From the NCBI GenBank assembly GCA_964016885.1, contig OZ024762.1, positions 8,928,001-8,992,000 of the forward strand: a stretch of 64,000 nt of DNA. The letters are read 5' to 3'. The notes beneath the pieces are model-generated. The model did no database searches. It saw only the letters and a program-made list of their open reading frames with translations, and was not told the origin of the DNA. The stretch is from Eledone cirrhosa. Taxonomy: Eukaryota. Below are positions 13,560-28,641 of this stretch, in pieces; positions within the stretch are counted from its first letter, which is position 1; each line of letters begins with the position of its first letter. The translations under genes and the position numbers were made by a program.

Positions 13560-14284
13560 CGACCATTTATTCCTGAGAATGCCATGACGACCAGAGTCCT
13601 CAAATACTCCTTCCAGCAGGTCCTATCAGAAGCAACTCTCTCCAATTGATGTGTCTGGATTCCCAAGTGTGACCAGACAAGCTCATGTATGTTATCTAAC
13701 CATTTTGCTTAAAGTCTACGCCTAGGACTCCTGCCAGTTGGTTTTGCCTGTAAAATCTGTCCAGCGATTCTATCCTGAGACATTCTAACCACATGTCCAT
13801 AGTATCGGAGCTGTGTTCTCTCAAATCGGAGAAGTAGTAGCTCTATCTGGAGTGACTCTCCGGTGATTCTATCCTGAGACATTCTATCCACATGTCCATA
13901 GTATCGGAGCTGTGATCTCTCAATTCGGAGAAGTAGTAGCTCTATCTGGAGTGACTCTCAAGTGATTCTATCCTGAGACATTCTATCCACATGTCCATAG
14001 TATCGGAGCTGTGATCTCTCAAATCGGAGAAGTAGTAGCTCTACCTGGAGTGACTCTCCAGTGATTCTATCCTGAGACATTCTAACCACATGTCCATAGT
14101 ATCGGAGCTGTGATCTCTCAAATCGGAGAAGTAGTAGCTCTATCTGGAGTGACTCTCCAGTGATTCTATCCTGAGACATTCTATCCACATATCCATAGTA
14201 TCGGAACTGTGATATCTCAATTCGGAGAAGTAGCAGCTCTACGCGGAGTGACTCTCTGATCTCCAAGCTATGTACTTTAGTCAT
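13560..14284 (-). mobile_element. RTE-clade LINE 3' fragment with ~93-bp internal tandem amplification
   Basis: Translation repeats LLLRFERSQLRYYGHVVRMSQDRI and ends ILQAKPTGRSPRRRL, resembling the LRWxGHVxRM...GxRPRGRP C-terminus of RTE ORF2. Confidence 0.8.
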
Positions 14285-14346
14285 TCAGATCCAATATTTA
14301 ATTGTGGGTAGTTATCACTTCTGGTTTTCCACAAAACAACACTTAA

Positions 14347-14713
14347 CTCTTTTGATACCAAATTGTCTGAGACCAACCTCTGGTCTCCTGATATTAACGT
14401 CTTTATTTTAAAGTGTATATATTTATCTAAATGCCCTCAATCTTGATTTTATGTTAGAACTTTCCTTAAGCTATGTTCCAAACTCTAACCTCTGGTTTTA
14501 TGATGTTAACTTCTATATTTTAAAGTGTTTATATTTATCTAAAAACCTTCCATCATAATTTTATGTAAAAAAACTGTGTTAAGTTACGTTCCAAAAACCA
14601 GTTTAATAATGAGAAAGTTAGTCATATTACTTAATCCCTCCAAATTCTTGATATTTCATAAATGATTTTAATATTATAGGCAGTGTCTTTCATTAAAACT
14701 ATCACAAAAAGGG
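14347..14713. mobile_element. Degenerate TTAA-flanked MITE (piggyBac-like)
   Basis: ttaa-ctcttttgata ... tatcacaaaaaggg-ttaa imperfect TIRs. Confidence 0.45.
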
Positions 14714-14754
14714 TTAACGTAATTTTTTTATAGATCATTAGGTATATATATATA

Positions 14755-15095
14755 GAGGCACATGGCTTAGTGGTTAGAGCATTGGCCTTGCAATCGAAAG
14801 GTTGGGAGGTCAATTCTCAGACCGGGTGATGTGTTGTTTCCTTGAGCAAGACACTTTATTTCACATTGCTCCAGTTTACTCAGCTGTAGAAATGAGATGA
14901 TAGGGACTGGGGTCCATATCATTCCACTGTAAAGTGGTCGTGGAGGTGCCACGGCAAAAATCAGCCAGCACTCACTGTAAATGAGGTTGGTATTAGGAAG
15001 GGCATCCAGCTGTAGAAATCAAGCCAGAATCAGTTCCCGTCCCCCCCCTTGCAAGCAGGGAAAAAGCGGACATAAAATGAAATGATGATGATGAT
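14755..15095 (+). mobile_element. Full-length SINE family 2 with (GAT)n tail
   Basis: tRNA-like head, core and aggaagggcatccagctgtagaaa segment, tail aaatgatgatgatgat. An inverted copy is at 23320-23661. Confidence 0.85.
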
Positions 15096-16220
15096 ATATA
15101 TATATGTAGGTGTACATATGTATATATATGTAGGTGTATATATGTTCGATATGTGTAGTGTGTGTGTGCATGTGCATCTATATATATATGTGTGTGTGTA
15201 TACGTGTATTATATATTTGTGTGTGTGTTAAATGATGATGACATATATATATATATGTGTATAAGTGCTTGCCTTGCACCACATACAAATAAAAACACAA
15301 ACAAAAAGATACATATATGAGACCTGCAACAGCCCATAGCCTTCACACTTATATATATATATATATATGTATATATATGTATGCATAGGTATGTGTATAT
15401 AGGTGTATATATATAGATATATATGTATATATATATATATATATACATATATATATGTATGTATATATATATATATATATACATATATATATGTATAAAT
15501 ATATACATATATATCTGTATGTATATATACATACATATATATATATATATATATACATATATATATGTATGTATGTCTATATATATATACATATATGTAT
15601 GTCTATATATATATACATATATATATGTATACATATATACATATATATATGTATGTATATATACATACATACATATATATATATACATATATATATATAC
15701 ATATATGTATGTATGTATATATATACATATGTATATATATATATATATATATACATATATGTATGTATGTATATATATATATACATACATATATACACAC
15801 ATATACGCACACACACATATATACACACACACACACATATATACACACACACGCACACATATATATATATACACACACACATACACATCCCATGCTTACG
15901 TACATCATCTCCCCAGCTCCCCACCCTCACACACCGTGTGTGTGTGTGTGTAGAAGAGGGGTATTATTATTATTATTTTTTTTTTTTTGCGTCACCTTTG
16001 ATAAGATTCTTCCCTGTGAGGAGTACTCTGGACACAGTTGACTGTTAGAATGAATGACGGACTGGACAATGGACGAGAGTCACTGGTCACTCTTTTGGCT
16101 TTACAAGCGTTTGTGGAATTTCCAAGAAAATGACAGTATTGTGCAACAACAGTACATGTACAGTTCAGTGTAGTATTGTGCAGTTTGACATATTTATGTG
16201 GTTGTATATATGTGTGTGTG

Positions 16221-16334
<114 letters not shown>

Positions 16335-16447
16335 TACATATATATGTGTGTGTATATATATATACATATATATATATATATACATATATATAAATACATA
16401 TATATATACATATATACATATATATGTGTGTATATACATATATATAC

Positions 16448-16481
<34 letters not shown>

Positions 16482-16486
16482 GTGTG

Positions 16487-16521
<35 letters not shown>

Positions 16522-16744
16522 GTATATATATATATACATATATATACATATATATGTGTGTATATATATACATATATATATATATACATATATATGTGTG
16601 TGCATATATATATGTATATAAAGGGTCCCCATAAAAATATGCACAATCTTTAAATGACAATGCACTGTTTCAGTTAGAAATAATTTGATGAATTATAGGG
16701 AGTCAAAATGTGAGTACAGTTTTTTGCGGGACACCCTGTGTGTG

Positions 16745-16831
<87 letters not shown>

Positions 16832-16979
16832 TATAGACAATCATAGCCTGTTGGTTAAGAATCCCTATCAGAACTATACTCTACTTTCCTTAAGTATGGA
16901 GTACTGAGTTGAATAACAGTCTTACTGGATTTTACTAGTAACATCTCATATATCTATCTATAGTTTTTTTTTTCTGAAT

Positions 16980-17890
16980 GCTGCAGTATGGTGCAGTATA
17001 AATTAACCGACAGATGCATTTGGATTGCAATATGGACCATTGGACAATGGTGAAGTGTAAATTAACTAAGAGATGCACTTGGATTGCAGTATGGACCATT
17101 GGACAATGGTAAAGTGTAAATTAACTAAGAGATGCACTTGGATTGCAGTATGGACCATTGGACAATGGTGAAGTGTAAATTAACTAAGAGATGCACTTGG
17201 ATTGCAGTATGGAACATTGGACAATGGTGCAGTGCAAATTAACTGACAGATACACATGGATTGCAATGTGGAACATTGGACAATGATGCAGTGTGAATTA
17301 TCTGACAGATGCAACAGATACATTTGGAATGCAATATGACGCAGTGTAAATTTATGAACAGATGCACTTCGATTGCAATGTGGAACATTGGACAATGATG
17401 ATGCAGTGTGAATTATCTGACAGATGCATTTGGATTGAAATATGGTGCAGTGTAAATTTATCAACAGATGCACTTGGATTGCAATGTGGAACATTGGACA
17501 ATGGTGCAGTGCAAATTATCTTACAGATGCAACAGATGCATTTGGATTGCAATATGGTGCAGTGTAAATTTATCAACAGATGCACTTGGATTGCAATGTT
17601 GAACATTGGACAGTGGTGCAGTATAGATTATCTTACAGATGCATTTGGCTTGCAATATGGTGCAGTGTAAATTTATCAACAGATGCACTTGGATTGTAAT
17701 TTGGAACCTTGCACAGTGGTGCATTGTAGATTAACTGAGAGATGCACTTGGATTGAAATATGGTACATTGAACAGTGGTGCACTGCAAATTAACTGAGAG
17801 ATGCACTTGGATTGCAATTGGTGCATTGGACAATGGTGCACTGTAAATTAACTGAGAGATGCACTTGGATTGCACATTGGAACATTGGAT
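16980..17890. repeat. ~59-bp tandem repeat decaying into tggtgcagt-rich sequence to ~19030
   Basis: ttggacaatggtgaagtgtaaattaactaagagatgcacttggattgcagtatggacca repeats at 59-bp spacing. Confidence 0.8.
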
Positions 17891-19069
17891 AACTAAAAAA
17901 AAAATTTTTTTTAGACTTATGAACTGTTGCAGATTGTGCAAACACTGTAATGTTTGTGGAGTGCAATATATTGCACTATATATATCGGTGGTGTATTATA
18001 TATACTGAGATGTTGGAACATTGAAATAACATTACACTAAACACCATCATGGTGCAGTTAGCATTATGGTGCAGTAGAGGACATTGTAATAATGAAATAC
18101 AGATATACGTTTAGTGTGGTGCACTATTAATTCTGCATTTTTTTTTTTATTATTATTCATGGAGTTGTGTATATTATATTGCACATTGACAGAACATTAT
18201 ACATACATATATATATATACAGCAGAGTTGAAAAGTTGCTATGTTGTGTTGCAGATTAATGCAATGTGGTGCATTGAGAAATTTATATGATTGCATCTTT
18301 CAGTGGAGTATATATTGCAGTAAAAGCTTGTGGAGTGTTGCACTATGTTAATAGACGGTTGCAGTTTGGAATTTTTCCGTGAATGCATCTTTCAAAGGAA
18401 GGAATACAGTTGCATAAAGAGTTGTGGTTGCACTTTGCTGTGGTGTGTGGAATGTTGCATACTGAAGTGCAGATAAATTTTATGTGATGCAGTCGTGAAG
18501 CTGCAGTTTTGTACATTGGTGTTGCTATACAGAGATGTGGTGCATAATTATACTGCGGCATAGCTCGTTGCACACTACACTATAATGTGGAGATGCTTGA
18601 TGTGGTGCAGTGTGTTGCTGTAGTGTGCAATGTGGTGCAGTATATTAAAATATAGCAGTGATGGTGCAGTTGGTCAAATGAAATAAACATTTATGTGTGA
18701 AATGCATAGCACTGTGCAATAAAATAAAACATGCATTTTGGTTTGGTGAAAAATATGTTGCAATGTACAGTGAAATGTGAATACAATCTTGTGCACTTTA
18801 GTGAAATGCACTACCAATTTGGTGCAGAATTATTAACAGTGATGTGCAGTACAGTGCAATGTGGTGCACTTTCTTTAAATGCACAGTGTAATTTGGTGCA
18901 GTATGATTAATGATACAGTAAAATATAGTGTAATATGATGCACTTTGGTGAAATGCACAATGCAGTGTGGTGCAGTGAGATTTGAAATTCAGTGCAGAGT
19001 TTTGTGGAATATACAGTACCGTGCAAGTGAGACATGAAATGTAGTAAGGATATATATATATATATATAT

Positions 19070-19392
19070 ATGGTTTTGTGGCTAGGGTGTTCAACTCACA
19101 ACCATAAGCTCGTGGGTTCGATTCCCGGTGGTACGTTGTGTCCTTAAGCAAGACACTTTATTTCACATTGCTCCAGTCCACTCAGCTGGCAAAAATGAGT
19201 TGTACCTGTAATTCAAAGGGCCAGCCTTGTCACAATCTGCGTCACACTGAATCTCCCTGAAAACTACCTTAAGGGTTACAGCATGTCTGTGGAATGCTCA
19301 GCCACTTGCAAGGTTAATTTCACGAGCAGGCTATTCCGTTGATCGGATCAACCGGAACACTCATCGTCGCAACCGACGGAGTGCCAGAGCCA
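19070..19392 (+). mobile_element. tRNA-derived SINE (family 2 core, different 3' part)
   Basis: ggttcgattcc B-box and ccttaagcaagacactttatttcacattgctccagt core. Confidence 0.75.
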
Positions 19393-19396
19393 TGTA

Positions 19397-19447
<51 letters not shown>

Positions 19448-20088
19448 TAGCACTGTGTGGTGCAGATTATTATGCACCTGGTCAGGTGTGTTAATTGCAA
19501 ATACAATGCAGTATTATTTGGACTGGTACTGCACTGTATATATTGCAGGGTGTATATATACATATGTATATATATATATATATACATATGTATATATACA
19601 CGTGTGTGTGTGTGTACTACATAGGTAACTAGTTGGTTTCTGGTTAGGAGTTGTTTTGTATTTTCATTTTTTTTCATGTTTTTTTTTTATATAAAAGCAA
19701 CTATAAACAACAACAACAAAAACTGGTGGTAAAAGGGCCATCACCACCTGTTTTTTTTTAAAGAAAGGAAGAGAAAAATGAAATTCAAATTAAATGAAGA
19801 AAAAAATTGTAATTTGCATAAATAAATAATTATTGAAAAAAAAAAAAGACATAATTTTTTTTTTTTTTTTTTGAATTTTGAAATGAAAAATGAAAAAAAA
19901 CAAAAAAACCGACTTCTGAAATGAAATGAAATGAAAAAGATGATTATTGAACACAAAGACAAAATAAAAACAATTTGAAACTCAAGGAATATATATATAT
20001 ATATGTATGTGTGTGTATATATATACATATATGTATATATATGTAAATGTATGTGTACATATATACATATATATGTTGATACATATGC

Positions 20089-20152
<64 letters not shown>

Positions 20153-21507
20153 CTATATGTATATATATAAGTATATATGTATATATATCTATATGTATAT
20201 ATATATAAGTATATATATGTATACATGTATATATATAAGTATATATGCGTATATATCTATATGTATATATACTTGTAAGTATATATGTATATATATATAT
20301 ACATATACATACATATATATATATACATATATACACATACATATATATACATATATACAAACACACACATATACATATATATATGTAGTTATATGAAACT
20401 ATAAGGAGGTATTTAAACGATTGTGTAATGGAGGAGGTGGAGGGTGGTAAAACGTCAACAGAAAAAAAAAAGAAATATTTTGTGGCCAAAAAAAAAAGTG
20501 AAAAAAAACCACAAACACATCACAAATAAACTATTAAATAATAATAATAAAAATAATGACATTTTCACAATTTGGTGCGGGATTGAACATTTTGTTTGAT
20601 ATGTGAGACAAATCGATGGAGATTTTAAGATGAAAGGAGGGGGGCTTAAAATCTCTCTCTTTCTACACCTGTACATACACACACATAAATTTACACACAC
20701 ACATACACACCATATTTCTGTCCCCAGATCCCTCCCCCACCTTTTCACCACTGCCACCGCCACCACCACCTCACACACGAAAAATTGTTTCATTTAAAAA
20801 ATTTTTTTTAATTTTTTTTTTTTAAATTTTATGACAAAGAACGGTTTAATATTGATATACTTATGATGATGGTGGTGATGGTGATGGTGATGATGACGAC
20901 GACGATGATGATGATGATAACGATGATGATGATGATGATGATGAAAGTGAATTATAACGATGATGTTGATAACGAAAATAACATTTGATGATTTGGATTT
21001 ATAAAATAAAAATTTAAAAATTGCCAAAACAAGACTTTTAATGTATGAAATGGCACCATGTATATATGTGTGTGTATATGTGTATGTGTGATGTACATAT
21101 ATGTATATATACACTAAATTTCCACGTGTGAGTGATATGTGTATGTATATACATATATATATATATATGTATATATACACTAAATTTCCACAAGTGTGGT
21201 TTGTATGTATATATATATACTAAATATCCACCTATTTGTGACTGGTATGTATATATATATATATATATATACACTCAAAATACATAATTATCTGTATATA
21301 TATATATATATACTCTAAATACATAATTATGTGTATATATATATATATATATATACTCTAAATACATAATTATGTGTATATATATATATATATATACTCT
21401 AAATACATAATTATATGTGTATATATATATATATATATACATAATACATAATTTCTATATATGTATATACTAAATTTTCACATGTGAGTAGTGTATATAT
21501 ATATACG

Positions 21508-21549
<42 letters not shown>

Positions 21550-21835
21550 CATTTATATACATACACTAAATACAGTTCTACATACATGTGTGTGTGTCTG
21601 TGTGTGTGTGTGTGTGCACGTATATTACACATGCACTTATATATGCCTGTTTGTGTGTGGTGAGTGTTGGGGGTCTATATGTATGTATATATATATATAT
21701 GTGTGTGTGGATGCGTATATGTTTGTGTGTGTATGGAATATGAGACAAAATGGTCAAGTGCAAGAAAATTTGTAGTATGGTATGTATATACTTATATATA
21801 CCCTACATAAAAAACTAATATATACATAAATATAT

Positions 21836-21882
<47 letters not shown>

Positions 21883-22183
21883 AATTGGTATATATTCTTT
21901 ATGGTATATACAGTTTTGAGAGAAATTCTGTAAAATAGGACATTGAACTATGATTTTTTTTTTTTTTTTTGGTCCTTTCTTCAAATCGTCCCTTCTTCCC
22001 TGCCTCTCAACATTTCCTTCCACCACCCACCCCCGCTCCAGACCTTATAATTATGAAAAAATATACTACTATTACTATTACTACTAATAATAATAAAATG
22101 GTCTTTTCAAGTTTGTCTTTGAGTTCTTTTTGGCGATTGCTTTTTCTGCTCTGGTTCCTTTTCAGCGGTATTTTATCCCACAG

Positions 22184-22356
<173 letters not shown>

Positions 22357-22357
22357 T

Positions 22358-22824
22358 ATGCAAAAGTTTTATTTAAAATTGTTGGGTTACAACGAGTAAA
22401 TATTTTATAACTGATATAAAGCACTCAACAAGTTTTGGAGTAGATATACGATATTAAACAAATGGAAACTATATTTATAAAACCATATTTATCTCATTAT
22501 ACATATTTCAGGGATACCATATTAAAAATATGGCATGCCTTCTTCAGATAAAATACAATATATAAGCAGTTTTATAAATAAATTTGACGTACCATAAAAT
22601 ATTGATCAACTTCCATTTAAAAAGTTGGTTTGGTAGTTGATCAATATTTTATGGTACGTCAAATTTATTTATAAAACTGCTTATATATTGTATTTTATCT
22701 GAAGAAGGCATGCCATATTTTTAATATGGTATCCCTGAAATATGTATAATGAAATAAATATGGTTTTATAAATATAGTTTCCATTTGTTTAATATCGTAT
22801 ATCTACTCCAAAACTTGTTGAGTG
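22358..22824. mobile_element. HHR element family E, fold-back copy
   Basis: Inverted arms 22422-22612 and 22635-22824. HHR fold at 22691-22756. Confidence 0.75.
22691..22756 (+). ncRNA. Type I hammerhead ribozyme, family E
   Basis: tattttat-CTGAAGA-aggcatgccatatttttaatatggtatccct(stem II)-GAAA-tatgta-TA-atgaaata. Confidence 0.75.
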
Positions 22825-22839
22825 TATATATGTATATAA

Positions 22840-23310
22840 TACAAGACGATTTGCTAAGCCTTCATTACGTTTATTGATTAGTGACTGATTACTACAACAG
22901 AAGTCCGACAAGCTTTTGATTCCAGAGTCGGGCCTGATCGATACAGATCGAACCTTGAGCTGATCAATAGCGAAACGCGCGCCAATCAATAAGCGTAATG
23001 AAGGCTTAACAAATCGTCCTTATTGGCAGTATCGGTAGAGGGTCGGACGCCATGCTTTGGCGCATAGAGTTACGGCCCTTGCCACTCTGAGTTCAAATCC
23101 CCGTCGAGGTTAACTTTGCCTTTCATCCTTACTGGGTCGATAAAATAAAGTACCAGTAATGAACTGGGGTAACTGCTGGCCTTGTGCCGAAAGAAGAAAC
23201 AATTATTATATTTACACTGTTTAGCTCTACCCCTCGCTACTGACGTGAACCTAAACATCGAGTGCTCACCTGGGTGAACCTACAGTAACTTCGCCTTACA
23301 CTCCCTGGAT
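22840..23310 (+). mobile_element. HHR element family F interrupted by a SINE family 1 copy (23022-23208)
   Basis: CCGACAA-60-nt stem II-GAAA-cgcgcg at 22905-22981. A short inverted arm at 22844-22885 and a tail with atcgagtgctc end in (TA)n. Confidence 0.65.
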
Positions 23311-23319
23311 ATATATATC

Positions 23320-23661
23320 ATCATTTCATCATTTCATTTTACGTCCCGTTTTTTCCCTGCTTGCAAGGGTGGGACGGCAACTGATGCTGGCTTGATTTCT
23401 ACAGCTGGATGCCCTTCCTAACACCAACCTCATTTACAGTGAGTGCTGGGTGCCTTTTTACCGTGGCACCTCCACGACCACTTTGCAGTGGAATGATAGG
23501 GACCCCAGTCCCTATCATCTCATTTCTACAGCTGAGTAAACTGGAGCAATGTGAAATAAAGTGTCTTGCTCAAGGAAACAACACATCACCCGGTCTGAGA
23601 ATTGAACTCACAACCTTTCGATTGCAAGGCCAATGCTCTAACCACTAAGCCATGTGCCTCC
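23320..23661 (-). mobile_element. Full-length SINE family 2
   Basis: Reverse complement of 14755-15095. Confidence 0.85.
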
Positions 23662-23893
23662 ATTGATATATATATATATATATAAATTGTTTCTACTTTT
23701 GGCACAAGCCCAGCAATAACCCAGTACATTACTGGTACTTTATTTTATCGACCCCGTAAGGATGAAAGGCAAAGTTTAACTCAGAATGGCAAGGGCCGTA
23801 ACTCTATGCGTCAAAGCATGACGTCCGACCCTCTACCGATACTGCCAACCCACCGCCTTATCTATATACTACTAAAACACTGATCTTGATTGG

Positions 23894-23929
<36 letters not shown>

Positions 23930-23978
23930 ACACACTTTATATATATATATATATATATATGATCATATTTGTGTATAT

Positions 23979-24707
23979 ACAGGTTGTCCCCGCAAAAATG
24001 TATACCCACTTTGATTGCCTATACATGCATTATTTGTTAGGATGGTGTATACATTTTTAGGGATCCCGGTATTATTATATATATATATATAGTGTCCCCG
24101 AAAAATGTATACACACTTTGATTACCTGTACAGGCAATATATATATTAGAATGGTGTATATATTTATAGGGACACCGGTATATATATATATGGTGTCCCG
24201 GAAAAATGTATACACACTTTGATTACCTGTACAGGCAATATATATATATTAGAATGGTGTATACATTTTTAGGGACCCCAGTATATATATATATATGGTG
24301 TCCCGGAAAAATGTATACACACTTTGATTACCTGTACAGGCAATATATATATTAGAATGGTGTATACATTTTTAGGGACCCCTGTATATATATATATGGT
24401 GTTCCCGAAAAATGTATACACACTTTGATTACCTGTACAGAATGGTGTATACATTTTTAGGGACACCGGTATATATATATATATATATGGTGTCCCGGAA
24501 AAATGTATACAGACTTTGATTACCTGTACAGAATGGTGTATACATTTTTAGGGACACCGGTATATATATAAATATATATATGGTGTCCCGGAAAAATGTA
24601 TACACACTTTGATTACCTGTACAGAATGGTGTATACATTTTTACGACACCGGTATATATATATATATGGTGTCCCGGAAAAATGTATATACACTTTGATT
24701 ACCTGTA
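23979..24707. repeat. Tandem array (~8 units) of a Tc1/mariner-type MITE separated by (TA)n
   Basis: Each unit is ggtgtcccggaaaaatgtatacac...gtgtatacatttttagggacacc with TA flanks. A related single copy is at 16620-16739. Confidence 0.75.
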
Positions 24708-25038
24708 CTAGACTACTCGTGACCCAACGGGTCACGAGTAGTCTAGTATATATATATAATTGTTTCTACTTTAGGCACAAGGCCAGCAAAAATCCAGTAC
24801 ATTACTGGTACTTTATTTTATCGACCCCGTAAGGATGAAAGGCAAAGTTAACCTCCGCGGGATTTGAACTCAGTCCGCAAAGTGACGTAACTCTATGCTG
24901 GAAAGCATGGCGTCCGACTCTACCGATGCTGCCAGCAAATTCCAGTACATTACTGGTACTTTATTTTATCGACCCGGTAAGAATAAAAGGGAAAGTTAAC
25001 CTCATATATATATATATGGAATAAAAAAAAAATTATTT

Positions 25039-25075
<37 letters not shown>

Positions 25076-25239
25076 ATTTTTTTTAATTCCAGACGATTAA
25101 AAATATAGAGAAAAGAAATATTTCACTTTTGTTGTTGATTTTCTAAAGTTACGTAAGAAGGAAAGGCTGTGCCTCACGTCTGAAAAGACTGAACATTCTC
25201 TTTGTCTATAGAAAGAACGTGCAATTTGATTGATTGAAG

Positions 25240-25318
25240 GTGATCACGTGATTAACGTAAGTTTGTCGTCCATTTTACTTGTTAATGGCGGATTGTCATT
25301 CCGTTTCTGAGGGTAGGT
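25240..25318 (+). promoter_or_regulatory. Candidate promoter/first exon (TCACGTGA E-box, AATGGCG YY1-like start, G|GTAGGT donor)
   Basis: gatcacgtgat at ~25242-25252 and ATG at 25285 (MADCHSVSE), donor at 25313, in an apparently single-copy, CpG-retaining stretch. Confidence 0.35.
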
Positions 25319-25731
25319 TTTGTTTATCTTACTTAGTCTTCGTTATATCTTTAATACTTAATAGTATTACCTTTTGTGGAGGAACGGGTGACAATGATTT
25401 TTACGTTTCGGCTATTGGCGTTCTGAACTTAAATCCCGCTTTTATGCTTTCCAGCAGAGATTCTCAAAGTGTGCGTTACGGCTCGACTGGGGTTGTTTAC
25501 ATGGTCCGGGGGAGCGCTACGGCCTAAGGGGGCGATAGAGATGAAGTAATGTCCCACATCCATGCCTTGCCAGAATACACACGATCATGTGTCCATACAT
25601 TTGCAAGCAGCCTCTCTTCCAAACTATAGGAGCTCTGAATTAGAAAATTATATTATTATTATTATATATTATAATTAATGATATTATATATTATAATTAA
25701 TGATATTATATATTATATTATTAAAACAAAA

Positions 25732-26920
25732 ATAATTGTTTCTACTTTTGGCACAAGGCCAGCAATTATCCCAGTGCATTACTGGTACTTTATTTTATCG
25801 ACCCCGTAAGGATGAAAGGCAAAGTTAACCTAGGCGGGATTTGAACTCAGAATGGCAAGGGCCGTAACTCGATGCATCAAAGCATGGCGTCCAACCCTCT
25901 ACCGATACTGCCAATCCACCGCAAAAATAATGAAAGTTAAAACAATATGTGACAAGGGGTGGCAAGACTTTCGGAACACCCTGTATATTAAATATCAAAA
26001 TGATATTGCATATAAATATATATATATATATATATAATATATATATAAGTAGAAGGGGCATTTAATTTGTTGGAAGTCCGACAAATATAAATGTTTATAA
26101 CTGATTTAGAGCACTCAACTGAAGAATGGAGTAAATATTCAATCCAATTCAATTGTATATATATATATATATATATATAGTAAACTAAAAAATATATGAT
26201 ATTTATTTATACACAGTATATATTATATAAATTATCATGTATAAACTAACGATTTAATTATATATTATTTACAATTTGTGTCTGGGCAGGTCTCTGGAAA
26301 TAGGGTTGGGGGAGCTGAGGGTATTATATGGCCGTGAGGGGGGAGGCGGCCCCAAAATTGTTTACAGGGTCGATAAAATAAAGCACCTGTAAAGCACTAG
26401 GGTCGACTTTCCCCTCCCTCGCACTTGTTGGCCCCGTGCCTAAATCAGAAACCATTATTTTGTACCAGTAATACACTGGGATAATTGCTGGCCTTGTGCC
26501 AAAAGTAGAAACAATTATTTATTATGATAATTATTATTAGGGTGGTGAATTAGCAGTAGAATCGGTAGAGGGTCGGACACCATGCTTCGCAGCATAGAGT
26601 TATGACCCTTTACGTTCTGAATTCAAATCCCACCGTGGTTAGCTTTGCTTTTCATCCTTAACCCCCCCCCCCCCTTCTCCAAATTGGTGGTCTTAGCCTT
26701 ATGCCTAAATCAAACAACATTAAATTTATAATTGTTTCTACTTTTGGCACAAGGCCAGCAATTATCCCAGTACATTACTGGTACTTTATTTTATCGACCC
26801 CGTAAGGATGAAAGGCAAAGTAAACCTCGGCGGGATTTGAACTCAGATCGTAAAGGGACGTAACTATGCTGGAAAGCATGGCCTCCGACCTTCTACCGAT
26901 ACTGCCAATCCACCGCCCTT
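25732..26920. mobile_element. Cluster of SINE family 1 copies/fragments (25732-25925 -, 26365-26520 +, 26540-26660 +, 26728-26920 -)
   Basis: Shared gcctttcatccttacggggtcgataaaataaagtaccag core (MetaSINE-like) and ggccttgtgccaaaagtagaaacaattatt tail. Confidence 0.8.
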
Positions 26921-27079
26921 ATTAAATTTATAATGATTTCAATTTATACGATGAGTCTTCCATAAAGTTAAAGTAACTCCTGCAAATAGGGCGACCATAC
27001 TTTTTTTATTGTTGGTGTTGGGTTTATGGTGGGTATTTAGGCGTTGGTAGGTAGCGTTACTCGATAAAGTGCGAATTGA

Positions 27080-27410
27080 GTGATCACAGCTTTGATACTA
27101 TTAGTAGTTAGAATGTCTCAGGAAAGAATCACTGGAGAGTCACTCCAGATAGAGCTGCTACTTCTCTGAATTGAGAGATCACAGCTTTGATACTATTGCT
27201 ATGTAGTTAGAATTTCTCAGGAAAGAAACATAGGAGAGTCACTCCAGATAGAGCTGCTACTTCTCCAAATTGAGAGATCACAGCTCCAATACTATGGACA
27301 TGTGGTTAGAATGTCTCAGGAAAGAAACATAGGAGAGTCACTCCAGGTAGAGTCACTACTTCTCCGAATTGAGAGATCACAGCTCCAATACTATTGCTAT
27401 GTGGTTAGAA
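27080..27410 (+). mobile_element. RTE-like LINE fragment, tandemly amplified (same segment as 13770-14260)
   Basis: VVRMSQERNIGESLQVESLLLRIERSQLQYY repeats. Confidence 0.75.
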
Positions 27411-28599
27411 AGCGGCCGGTACTGTGGCGGCAGGAAAGCGGATGGAGTGCTGTTGTTGTTCTTGTCCAGCTGCTGTGTTGCTAAATAATATCGAAAGAAA
27501 TACAATGAAAGAAAGGAAAAAGGTTTATAAGAGAACAAATAAAAAGATTTGAGTGAAACCAAATTTTTTGTTTGGCCAAGTGGAACGTCTTGCGTTTAAG
27601 TGGTATTAAGTTGATTGTGGGCCTGTCTGTCTGTGGATTTCAATGTGTGTGTGTGTGGATTTCAATGTGTGTGTGTATTTCAATGCGTGTGTGTATTTCA
27701 ATGAGTGTGTGTGTGTGTGTATTTCAATGCGTGTGTGTGTGTCTTTCAATGAGTGTGTGTGTGTGTGTATTTCAATGCGTGTGTGTTCTGTGTTTATCTA
27801 TGTGTGTGTATTTCAATGAGTGTGTGTGTGTGTATTTCAATGCGCGCGCGTGTGTGTGTGTGTGTGTTTCAATGAGTGTGTGTTCTGTGTTTATCTATGT
27901 GTGTGTATTTCAATGCGTGTGTTTCTATGTATTTCAATGTGTGTGCGTGTGTATTTCAATGTGTGTGTGTGTGTATATTTCAAGATGTGTGTGTGTATGT
28001 GTGTCCTGGGTATAAAAATTACAAAAATAACAAAACAAACCAAAACAAATAAAAAGGTGTTTGAAGGGTTTCTATAACTGATTCCTTTATTGATGTCCTT
28101 TCACTTTCTATGTTGACCCCGGTCAATTGACATTTGGCCAGAGTTCATAGTCCCCTCACATTTAACGGTCATTTTCATTGTCTTGAGTACACACACACAC
28201 ATACATATACATACATACACACATACACTCATACATATACCATACATACACCACACATATTTATATATATACTACACACATATACATATAACATACACAC
28301 ACATTAATATATATATACACACATACATACACCACACATACACATATATATACATACACACACATACATATACTATACATACACCACACATACACGCATA
28401 TATATATATACACACACACACGTACACTATACAATCACACATACATATACACACACTATATATATATATATATATATACACACATGCATACACCATACAT
28501 ACACATATATACATACACACACATACAAATACCATACATACACCACACATACACGCATATATATATACATACACAATCACACATACATACACACACACA

Positions 28600-28641
<42 letters not shown>

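Noticed and set aside
14755-14830. tRNA gene
   Set aside because: The tRNA-like A/B boxes continue into a SINE core and tail, the sequence is multicopy, and no proper cloverleaf could be drawn.
23979-24707. Palindromic repeats with spacers as CRISPR
   Set aside because: Spacers are only (TA)n, and the units are TIR-bearing MITE copies.
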